Positions 40,919-49,915 of a stretch of DNA of 64,000 bases are shown piece by piece. Source of the DNA: Candidatus Bathyarchaeota archaeon (GTDB lineage: Archaea > Thermoproteota > Bathyarchaeia > Bathyarchaeales > Bathyarchaeaceae). Positions within the stretch are counted from its first letter, which is position 1. Each line of letters begins with the position of its first letter. The stretch is taken from positions 64,001 through 128,000 of the forward strand of contig CAVOMX010000011.1 of the NCBI GenBank assembly GCA_963697165.1, written 5' to 3'. The translations under genes were made by a program, and so were the position numbers. Below the pieces are notes generated by a model. It made no database searches and was not told where the DNA came from. It saw only the letters and a program-made list of their open reading frames with translations.

Positions 40919-41818
40919 TCACTCAGATGCCCGCTGTAGGCATTCAACTTCTTTCACAGCTTTTATTGCAACTTCGATCATGTCGTCGTCAGGCTGCCTA
41001 GTTGTGAAACGTTGAAGAAGCATGCCCGGAGCCACTAAGGCTCTAACGATGAACGAATTTTTGTATCTGTCGCTGAGACGCAGAAGCTCGTATGAAACGG
41101 CGCTAATGATGGGAATGAGAACAATACGGTAGGATAACCTTGTTAGATAGTCAGCACTTGGCATAAGTGAGAAAAACAGAATACTGATCAACGTGACTAT
41201 CAGAAGAAACGATGTTCCGCATCTAGGGTGAAAACGGGAGTATTTTCTGACGTTTTCGACATTCAATTCAACTCCAGCCTCATAGGCGTTGATTGATGCA
41301 TGTTCTGCGCCGTGATACTGGAGTATCCGCCTGAAGTCTCCAAGCCTAGATACGACGGCAAGGTACACCAGCAAGAACGTGAGGCGAACTACTCCTTCAG
41401 CAACATTGAAGAGAACTCCTCCTCCAAGATTGAGGAGGGACGTCAAAAAGAAAGGAAAGACACTAAACAGGAGCACCGACAGTAAAAGGGACACGACAAG
41501 GGTTACAGCGATTTCTTTCGGGTTAAGGCTTGCCTCTTCATTATCTCCAAAAGTGGCATTCGCAGAAAAGTAGATGCCTTTTATTCCCGAATATAACGTT
41601 TCAAACAGCGCAAGGATACCTCTAACGAAGGGAACTTTCAGAAACCTGTACTTTTGAGAGAGCGAACGCAGTTTTTCGGTCTTTGTTACTATTTCTTGGT
41701 TGGGCTGCCGCACACATATTACCAGATTGTTTTTGGAGCGAATCATCACGCCCTCCATCACGGCTTGTCCACCAAAGGCTAATGACGGCTCTTTCTTTCC
41801 CTTATCGGTTAAACTCAT
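40919..41818 (-). CDS. DUF1385 family membrane protein
   Basis: GGQAVMEGVM, YHGAEH, HPRCGTSF. Confidence 0.93.
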   Translation of the reverse strand: MSLTDKGKKEPSLAFGGQAVMEGVMIRSKNNLVICVRQPNQEIVTKTEKLRSLSQKYRFLKVPFVRGILALFETLYSGIKGIYFSANATFGDNEEASLNPKEIAVTLVVSLLLSVLLFSVFPFFLTSLLNLGGGVLFNVAEGVVRLTFLLVYLAVVSRLGDFRRILQYHGAEHASINAYEAGVELNVENVRKYSRFHPRCGTSFLLIVTLISILFFSLMPSADYLTRLSYRIVLIPIISAVSYELLRLSDRYKNSFIVRALVAPGMLLQRFTTRQPDDDMIEVAIKAVKEVECLQRASE

Positions 41819-41923
41819 ACCTGAAGGAGATTTTATCGATTCTTATATGTTTTTGCGAAAAAAATTTGAACTTAAGAAAGTTTTTATGCCCCAAACCCTT
41901 TAGGGCATACTGGGGTATGACTC

Positions 41924-42274
41924 ATGGAAGGAAAATGGGTTAACGACTGCCAACGGATTTTGAATGAAATAAAGAACTCGGCGAAGGTCGAAGGGTCTGA
42001 CCGACTAGACATGATGCGGACAATCAGGTTCACAATACTTGCATTGCAAAGAAGCGTAACGGGCTGGATGCAGTGGGCAGACAATCCCGACATTATGGCT
42101 CAGTTTTCGTTAGATGAGTTGACGGAAATAAACACGAATCTCGCGGATCTTGTTTGCGCCTTTGTAGACTACGACGCGAAAATAACTGGAACTCAAGAAA
42201 GAAAGATAGAAAAGAAGATGCAAAAAGAGACCATAAAGAGTCAAGACACAAAGGACATGTTCTACGTAAAATAA
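41924..42274 (+). CDS. DUF2153 family protein
   Basis: DRLD...SV.GW.QW..NP..M..F..DEL...F..YD..IT. Confidence 0.85.
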   Translation: MEGKWVNDCQRILNEIKNSAKVEGSDRLDMMRTIRFTILALQRSVTGWMQWADNPDIMAQFSLDELTEINTNLADLVCAFVDYDAKITGTQERKIEKKMQKETIKSQDTKDMFYVK

Positions 42275-42378
42275 AGCGCCGCGCTTACACGATTTTGGAT
42301 TTTTTAAGAATAACTCGACAAGTAATTACATTTAGTTGTGAACTTAGAAAATGAATGCACAAACGGGCACAGTTTGTC

Positions 42379-44876
42379 CTAATGTTTTCTCCTGTAAAGC
42401 ACTAATAATGCTATGGCAACCAGAAACAGCACAACAAGCAGCAAAGAGACAAGAATCCACCAAGAGTCCTGAACAACAGAAGAGAACATTATTTGCTGAT
42501 TAATATTCGAGTTGACGGTTACAGTTCCAGACGACAAAGAAGCCATGTAATCAGCTGGTGCAACAACAGAGAAGGAGTAGTCGCCGCTTTGCACTTCGAA
42601 ATTTATTGTGTACGAACTGGAGCTCTTCGTCTGATCGTTAAAGGTTACAGTCCAACTTGTTTCTTCGGGCAAGCCTGACGCAACGAAGGATACTTGGTAG
42701 GTTTGGGGGCTAGGCGAGTAATCACCTATTGCATAAACTATGTGATCATATGAACCCACATAAACTATACCATTGGCAACAGCAGGAGAAGAAACCACAG
42801 CATCACCTGTTTTGTAATTCCATAGTTGGGCGCCTGTTGTAGCATTCAAATGCGTAAAAGTTTTTGTCTTCTGAACCTACGTAAACCTTGCCATCAGCCA
42901 CAGCAGGAGAAGAATCCACGTAGCCACCTGTTGTGTAATTCCATATCATATCACCAGTAAGAGCATCTAATGCGTAAATGTTGTGATCACGTGAGCCAAT
43001 GTAAACTATGCCGTCACCCACTGCAGCAGATGAATACACTGGACCACCAGTTGTGAAATTCCACACCAAGTCGCCGTTAGATGCATCCAAAGCGTACACC
43101 TTCTGGTCCTGTGAGCCAACATAAACCAAACCACCAACCACAACAGGCGACGACAGAACCATATCACCTGTTTTGTAACTCCATAAAGGATCACCTGTTG
43201 AAGCATTCAAAGCGTAAACTTTGTTAGTCTAATGAGCCTATGTAAACTATGCCGTTGGCAACAGCAGGAGAAGACATCACAATCTTGCCGCCAGTTGTGT
43301 AGTTCCATACGAGGTCACCAGTTAAGGCATCCAAAGCGTAAACCTTGTGGTCCTGTGAACCAACATAAACCAAACCGTCAGCTACCGCAGGAGAAGAAAC
43401 AACATAAAGGTCTGTTTTGTAATTCCAAACATGAGCTACCCGTTAAAGCATCCAAAGCGTAAACGCTTGTGATCATACGAGCCAACATAAACAATACCAT
43501 TAGCCACTGCAGGAGAAGATAAAAGAATCATATCTCCGGCAGTGAAAGTCCATATGACAGTGTTGTGTAGCTCCAGATCGAAACCTACCATGCCTGTTGT
43601 AGCGTTCAATGCGTAAACTTTGTGATCATGTGAACCTACGTAAACTATGCCGTCAGCTACTGCAACAGAAGAATCCACCTTTCCTCCAGTTCTGAAAATC
43701 CATACAAGACTCACCATCTAAAGCATCCAAAGCGTAAAGCTTACCGTCCCATCCGCCCACGTAAACTATACCGTTAGCAACATCAGGACGAGAAACCACA
43801 AGATCATCTGTTGTGTAATTCCATACCAAGTCGCCGTTAGATGCATCCAAACAGTAAACCTTGTTATCTTGTGAACCCACGTAGACCTTGCCATCAGCCA
43901 CAACAGGAGAAGACGATACGCCCCCCCTGTTTTGTAATCCCAAATATGAGCACCCGTTAAAGCATCTAAAGCGTAAACCTTGCTATCTTCTGAACCTATG
44001 TAAACCTTGCCATCAGTCACAACAGGAGAAGAATACACTGGACCACCAGTTGTGAAATTCCATACTAAAGTCGCCGTTAGATGCATCCAAAGCGTAAACC
44101 TTGTTATCTAATGAACCCACATAAACTAGGTCATTGACAACAGCAGGAGAAGAAACAACATTATCTCCAGTTTTGTATGCCCATATGAGGCTCCCATTAA
44201 ACGCATCTAAAGCGTAAATGTTGTTGTCTATTGAGCCAAAGTAAACTATGTTGTCAGCCACTGACGGAGAAGACAACATTATTTGACCGCCTGTTTTGTA
44301 ACTCCAAATATGAGTACCGGTTGAAGCGTTCAAAGCGTAAACCTTGTTGTCAACTGATCCCACATAAACAATACCATTAGAGTATGCGGGATCTGTATCC
44401 ACGAAGTATTCTGTTGTGTAGTTCCAGACTTCAGCACCATTGACTGAATCCAAACAATAAACATTGTAGTCTTCTGAGCCTACGTAAACTAAACCATCAA
44501 CCACTACAGGACGAGAAACCACTACCCCACCAGTTACATAATTCCATGCTTGAGTACCGTTAGTTGCATCCAAAGCGTAGATTTTTCGGTCATAGGAACC
44601 AACATAAACCAAACCGCCAACCACAACAGGAGAACCTACTTGACCACCAGTGTTGAATTTCCATAAGGTCTGGTTTGTTTTAGGCGCTGTTGACTCTGAC
44701 TTGCCAGTATTCGCTAGATTCTGGTGAAACATAGGCCAATCGTCTGTTTCTGAGGGCTCCGCCGAGACTTCAGATGCACCAGCAGATTCGATTGTTGCGG
44801 ATAGGAAGGTGATGGAAAGGGGTGAGACTAAAAGGAGCACAGCCAAGACTAGACAGGTAATGGCTTTTTTGTTCAT
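42379..44876 (-). CDS. Surface protein with 16 PQQ-like blades, a small beta-sandwich domain and a C-terminal TM anchor; broken by multiple frameshifts
   Basis: Signal peptide; DDWPMFHQN; tandem SSPxVxxGxVYVGSxDxKxYALDA units spread over ORFs 42379-44876; YQVSF..SGLP..TSW.V domain; TM helix plus RRKH. Confidence 0.85.
42725..44665 (-). repeat. Tandem coding repeats of about 120 bp (propeller blades)
   Basis: Recurring gcatc(c/t)aaagcgta and caggagaaga every about 120 nt; near-identical blocks at about 43032-43096 and 44031-44095. Confidence 0.85.
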
Positions 44877-45312
44877 GATATTTTATCCTTTTTCATATTT
44901 GTCTGAAGCATTTTTATGCAGAAGCAAGATTTCTGGGGGAACAACAGCAACATGATACATGCAGCCAATAGTATTAAGCGTTCAGCAATTAATAAAAAAC
45001 TATCTTTTTTTAGACTGCAAATACCCAAACCAAATATGATTCAAACCTTTTTTTGGGTTAGAAAACAATTTCAGAAAAAAGGTCAGGTTTAATTATCGAA
45101 TGAAAAATTATACTAAAAGTCTACAATGCAAAGTTATTGTGATTCTCTTGGTGCCTTAGAATCATTCAACTCAAAAAAGAGGAAAAAGGCATACCCATAA
45201 TCCATATTGGTTTTGTCCTGTTAGTAATATTTGGAATTGTTTCAACAATAGGAGTGACGTTACTAGCATTCACCATGGTAACGGATAAGATTGGATACGC
45301 ACTAAACTGAGT

Positions 45313-45810
45313 TTATGATTTTTGGGTTGTTTCTTCAGCTCTCCTTTGCTGCAATAGTTCTTTGGCTAAATCTCGGGCATGCTCATGATAGATTAAATCA
45401 ATAATTTTGTTCCAATCAAAATCTTGTTTCATGTTATAATGAGAAAATTCTTCACGAGAAAACATGACAAGCTTGTCTGAATCATACAAAATCCTGAAAG
45501 CCAAAGAAGGATTGTCGGGATGATCATGATGAGTGCGCACAATCTCGCAAACCTCATCAACAAAACTTTTGTCGTACCCCAGTTTCTTTAGAATAGACCC
45601 GGCTATTCCTGGACCATCCTGATACTGTTTTTGGATGGTGCTTCCGCCGATGTCATGCATGATTATGGAGCAATAAATCAGTTCTTCCAAATCTTGTGGG
45701 ATATCAAAGTTTTTTTTGGAAATCTCAAAGACTCTTCTGGTGTGAGGTATTCCGAAATCGTTTTTCTTCAAGTATGGTTTTGCTAGTTGAAACACGGTTT
45801 CCCAGTTCAT
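45313..45810 (-). CDS. HD-domain protein
   Basis: HTRRV...MHDIG...HHDH...DSDKL. Confidence 0.85.
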   Translation of the reverse strand: MNWETVFQLAKPYLKKNDFGIPHTRRVFEISKKNFDIPQDLEELIYCSIIMHDIGGSTIQKQYQDGPGIAGSILKKLGYDKSFVDEVCEIVRTHHDHPDNPSLAFRILYDSDKLVMFSREEFSHYNMKQDFDWNKIIDLIYHEHARDLAKELLQQRRAEETTQKS

Positions 45811-45920
45811 TCTTCTTCATCTGTATCTTATTTGCGACAGCATATATTCTATCTTGTTTCCACCCTGAATCTCGCATTTCAACATGTTATTTCTGAGATC
45901 AGCACACATGTTGATGCAGT

Positions 45921-46451
45921 TTATTCTTTATTGTAAACTTTTATTCCCCAAGATTTGAATGCTTGGATAAAGCTGGAACTGCTCAAAGTTTTGAGTATAG
46001 CATAGCCTATTCCCGACATCACAATTAAAGTGCTAATTGTAACGCTTGCAATCATAGCAACCCATGGTGGAATTTGTAATCCAAAGATGTCTACTTGGAA
46101 ATTAAAGAATAACCAAAGGTAGCTGCCTACAGTTACTCCAATCGGCAAAGAACCAGCAGTGCAAGCCAACAGTTGCCGTTTTCTAAGCAGAAAAACTATG
46201 GTTGCTGCGATTAAGTTAGCAATTGTTCCAAAGACAACGTCTTCAGTACCCAACCAAACGTATGAGTTACCCACAAAGCATCCAACAGTTACACCTGCGA
46301 TTGCTGGCCAACCAAACAAAGCTGCTAATGGAATCAGACAGTCTGCAACACGCAATTGCACAGGACCTTGACCCATTGTTCCTAAAGCAATGACTAAAAC
46401 TGCATACAGACTTGTAAAAACTATCGTTAAAGTTATTTCATTTGTTTTCAT
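45921..46451 (-). CDS. queT: QueT-family (preQ0/preQ1) transporter
   Basis: SLYAVL...GPVQLRVADCL..L...G.TVGCFVGN...DVVFG..A. Confidence 0.88.
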   Translation of the reverse strand: MKTNEITLTIVFTSLYAVLVIALGTMGQGPVQLRVADCLIPLAALFGWPAIAGVTVGCFVGNSYVWLGTEDVVFGTIANLIAATIVFLLRKRQLLACTAGSLPIGVTVGSYLWLFFNFQVDIFGLQIPPWVAMIASVTISTLIVMSGIGYAILKTLSSSSFIQAFKSWGIKVYNKE

Positions 46452-46462
46452 TATCTATTTTT

Positions 46463-46518
46463 ACCTCCCCACTCCGGGATTTTTAATGCGGAACGGGTGG
46501 GAGGCTCCACCTACCCGC
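46463..46518 (-). promoter_or_regulatory. Structured 5' leader of queT (candidate riboswitch)
   Basis: GCGGGU/ACCCGU stem whose loop carries GCCUCCC, complementary to the SD GGGAGGU; UCCG/CGGA hairpin between; TTTTTAAG box about 25 nt upstream. Confidence 0.5.
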
Positions 46519-46990
46519 AAAGAGAAAAGATTATAGGAATCTCTTAAAAACATTTAGCATAGAATAATAATCCTTCGCGTCATAAAATTAGTTGTAGACA
46601 ATCATTTTTAAGTCGCTATAAAACATCTCAAAATATTCCAAACGGGTCATCTGCAACATTCTGTATAGAGTTGTCTTTTTCCCATTCTTCGGTTAACCCT
46701 TCTGGCGTGAATATGTTGTTTAATCTTTTTCGGCAATCTTGAAGAAAACACCCAGTTTAAAGGCATCATCTTTGGAAAAGAAAATGTTGTCAGCATTGTA
46801 CTTTCTCATTAACGAAATTGTTTCGTTTGGTTCAATCGTGGTCAAAGCTTGGGTTTTTCGGCTAACAGGAGTTACGGGACACAAAAACAAGAACAACATG
46901 AACAAGAATCAAGAAAAAAACTACACAAAAAACCAAACTAACATTCATATTAGAAGACTAATAACAGATGATTGTTGAAATCAATCTTTT

Positions 46991-47164
46991 TCAGGAATCC
47001 AACGTCTTCTTAATTTGAAGATAAAGAAAAACGTCATCAAACAGGCTTTTCTGCGTCTTGATTTCTTTAAGGATTTTAGCAAGCTCGTTTTTATCAACCT
47101 TGTCGTTGATAAGGTGAGATTCTAGGATTTGGCGCTCTTCATAAGTAAAAATTTTGGTTATCAT
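46991..47164 (-). CDS. 57-aa hypothetical protein (not in the ORF track)
   Basis: MITKIFTYEERQILESHLINDKVDKNELAKILKEIKTQKSLFDDVFLYLQIKKTLDS. Confidence 0.55.
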   Translation of the reverse strand: MITKIFTYEERQILESHLINDKVDKNELAKILKEIKTQKSLFDDVFLYLQIKKTLDS

Positions 47165-47226
47165 ACTTCCATTTTCTCAAGAGCACATAAAACCTTTTCC
47201 CGAAACAGAAAATGGGGTCGTTGTGT

Positions 47227-47463
47227 TCAACTTCTTGTGTTCAGCAGTAAGTCTAATCTTTGGTATTTATTAAGAAATCCCTTGCCCTTATCAGTTGTAT
47301 GATACGAGCTTCCTATTGCTAGAAGACCCGTTTCTAGCAATAGATCCAAATACTTCTGAACGAACCTGTAGCTGAGTCCACAAACGTACATAATGCGCGT
47401 CTTTTTTGCTCCATTCTTTGCAGTCTCTAAGATTTCAGCGATTATATCAAAGGAACTTCTCAT
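47227..47463 (-). CDS. Winged-helix transcriptional regulator (HTH_45 type)
   Basis: RSSFDIIAEIL....GAKKTRIMY...LSY...KYL..L...GL...Y.TT.KG. Confidence 0.9.
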   Translation of the reverse strand: MRSSFDIIAEILETAKNGAKKTRIMYVCGLSYRFVQKYLDLLLETGLLAIGSSYHTTDKGKGFLNKYQRLDLLLNTRS

Positions 47464-47621
47464 TTAACTCACATTCCACACTAGAACGAAACCGCCATTT
47501 TTCTATAAATAGCATCCTCTACAACAAAACATATTACAACAATCGGAATATTATAGCTTGCATAAAGTTAGGAACGACAAACTAAAAAAAGAAAAAACTG
47601 TCAAAAGAGGGAAAAAGGCGG

Positions 47622-47900
47622 TTATTTTTCGATTCTCACGGTCTTCCTGATTAACAAGCTAACCTTCTCTTTCTGATGTTCCTCTCAATCTTTTTAACAA
47701 GAGTATTCAGTTTCTTTTCACCAGATTCGTTTTTATTAATCCATTCCTTGGCAAACTTCCCGCTCTGAACATCCTTAAAAGCTTGACACATCTTCTCCTT
47801 AACGCTTTCATATGCAAGCTTAGTTCCAACAGTTACTCGACCATAATTTGCAGTCTTCGAAACAGCATTGAGCATATGTATATTTTTTAACCTATTCACT
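47622..47900 (-). pseudogene. ilvC: Remnant C-terminus of a short (class I) ketol-acid reductoisomerase
   Basis: MLNAVSKTANYG..TVG...VKEKM..AFKDVQSGKFAKEWI, then frameshifted EEHQKEKVS.LIRK..RIEK; matches the SxTAxYG...IQSGxFAKEW...EHxIExVG pattern. Confidence 0.85.
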
Positions 47901-47968
47901 AATGTCAACAAGAAAAAGAATTTTTTATTAACTGCAACCTATTTATTAGAATCGTGTGAGGAGTCATT

Positions 47969-49015
47969 ATGGTTGAATTGGATTTCGGAGGAATAAAAGA
48001 AACTGTAGTAACAAGAAAAGAATTTCCTGTAGATCAAGCAAAAGAAATTCTAAAGGACGAAACAATTGCTATCCTAGGATATGGTATTCAAGGACGGGCT
48101 CAATCCTTAAACATGAGAGATAATGGATTTAATGTTATTATAGGCCAAAGTAAGGAATTTCCAAAGAATTACGAACAAGCAATAGAAGACGGATGGATTC
48201 CTGGGAAGACATTATTTTCGCTGAAGGAAGCTGCTGAAAGAGGAACCATCAAACAGTATCTATTGACTGATGCTGCGCAGAAAGAATTATGGCCAATAAT
48301 CAAAACCACTTTTAAAGAGGGTGATGCACTATATTTTTCACATGGATTTTCAATAGTTTACGGAAAACTTACAGGGGTTATTCCTCCACAAAACATTGAT
48401 GTTATCTTGGTTGCACCAAAAGGTTCTGGAACATCAGTAAGAAAGAATTTTCTGGCAGGTAGTGGAATAAACAGCAGTTTTGCAGTCCATCAAGATTTCA
48501 CAGGTAGAGCTGAAAATAGAGTGAAAGCCATTGGAATTGCTATTGGCTCGGGTTACTTATTCCCAACCACATTTGAAAAAGAAGTATATAGCGATCTAAC
48601 GGGAGAAAGAGGAGTTCTAATGGGAGCACTTGCAGGAATAATGGAAGCACAATATAATTGTTTGAGGGAAAATGGTCATAGTCCTAGTGAATCATTCAAT
48701 GAAACTGTAGAGGAATTAACTCAAAGTTTAATCAGGTTAGTTGACCAGAACGGCATGGATTGGATGTATAACAATTGCAGTGAGACTGCAAGAATAGGAG
48801 CCCTTAGATGGAAAGAAAGATTCAGGGATACTGTAAAACCCCTATTTGATTCTCTTTATGAATTGGTAGCTTCAGGAGAAGAAGTAAAAATTGTTCTTGA
48901 AAAAAGCGCAGAATCTGATTATGGAAAGAAATTGAACGAAGAATTAGAAGCGATGGGAAATTCTGAGATGTGGAGAACTGGTAAGACGGTGAGATCATTA
49001 AGACCTGATACATAA
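47969..49015 (+). CDS. ilvC: Ketol-acid reductoisomerase, Bacteroidota/fungal Ilv5-like type
   Basis: LDFGG..ETVVTR.EFP N-terminus, GYGIQG, FSHGF, APKGSG, SDLTGERG, CSETARIGAL. Confidence 0.95.
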   Translation: MVELDFGGIKETVVTRKEFPVDQAKEILKDETIAILGYGIQGRAQSLNMRDNGFNVIIGQSKEFPKNYEQAIEDGWIPGKTLFSLKEAAERGTIKQYLLTDAAQKELWPIIKTTFKEGDALYFSHGFSIVYGKLTGVIPPQNIDVILVAPKGSGTSVRKNFLAGSGINSSFAVHQDFTGRAENRVKAIGIAIGSGYLFPTTFEKEVYSDLTGERGVLMGALAGIMEAQYNCLRENGHSPSESFNETVEELTQSLIRLVDQNGMDWMYNNCSETARIGALRWKERFRDTVKPLFDSLYELVASGEEVKIVLEKSAESDYGKKLNEELEAMGNSEMWRTGKTVRSLRPDT

Positions 49016-49387
49016 TCTTAAGAAAACTCAAAAAACATAGTATGAACGATTTTAGAATTAATCAGAGTTCTGGCTCAATAAGATTGCAATACATCTGATC
49101 TTTTCTGGGGTTTCTTTTCTCTCCCTCACTTTCTTTGCTACCTTGCATATGTCGACTTTTCTAGAGGATATTTTGTTGAAAATTAACATAAAACAAGTCT
49201 TTAAACTAGAGAACTTTTTATTAGCTAAACAATTGAATTTTTTTGTTCATTTATTTTTGTCTTTCAATATTCTATGGAAAAATTATCTATTTTTGAGGGT
49301 GTTACAGGGTTTGTGGGGTTAATTTTTGTTTGTTTTTTTCCGGATTTTTAGATTTTTGTTACTAATAATAGTGTATTAACCTAGATT

Positions 49388-49915
49388 TTATTCATCTATT
49401 TTCACGGATTTGGGTCCTCTTGATAGGGCAGTTATTCCCGTTCTAGCCACCTCTTTAACTCCAAAAGGCTTCATTAAATTGATAAAAGCATCTATTTTGT
49501 TCGATGTACCAGTAATCTCCATCATCAAAGACTCAGAGGAAACGTCGACCACCCGAGCCCTGAAAATGTCAGCGTAGTTAATGATGTCTGAGCGTGCCTT
49601 AGTGCTCGGGGCATTCACTTTGATTAGCGCTAATTCTCTTGTTACAATGTTTTCCGGGTCTAGCCTAGTGACTTTGATGACGTCAATCAATTTGTTCAGC
49701 TGCTTGACCACCTGCTCGATAGTTCTGTCATCTCCCCTCACCATTATGGTCATTCGGGCTAAGCCCACCTCTTCGGCAGGTCCAACAGAAATACTATCTA
49801 TGTTGAAACTTCTGCATCTGAAAAGGTTCGAGACACTATATAAAACACCGGGCTTGTTCTCCACAATTGTAGATATTATGTGATTATGTTCTTTTAACAT
49901 ACTTAACACCCCCAA
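49388..49915 (-). CDS. ilvN: Acetolactate synthase small subunit
   Basis: VENKPGVL, FNIDSI, KQLNKLIDV, RELALIKV, EVARTG. Confidence 0.96.
   Translation of the reverse strand: MGVLSMLKEHNHIISTIVENKPGVLYSVSNLFRCRSFNIDSISVGPAEEVGLARMTIMVRGDDRTIEQVVKQLNKLIDVIKVTRLDPENIVTRELALIKVNAPSTKARSDIINYADIFRARVVDVSSESLMMEITGTSNKIDAFINLMKPFGVKEVARTGITALSRGPKSVKIDE

Noticed and set aside
10920..44090. Many frameshifts (GT-C paralogs 1 and 2, btuF, the PQQ-repeat gene) as programmed frameshifting or phase variation
   Set aside because: They are scattered single-base indels without a shared slippery motif. trm5 also shows an apparent compensating pair near 32200-32235 (FEISVHT in the alternative frame). Long-read or low-coverage assembly error is the simplest explanation.
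42725..44665. Regularly spaced repeats as a CRISPR array or DGR
   Set aside because: The period of about 120 bp matches coding propeller blades; there are no unique spacers, cas genes or reverse transcriptase.
46608..46950. Fragmentary minus-strand ORFs that might form one membrane protein
   Set aside because: Joining them needs at least two indels and no family is recognisable.
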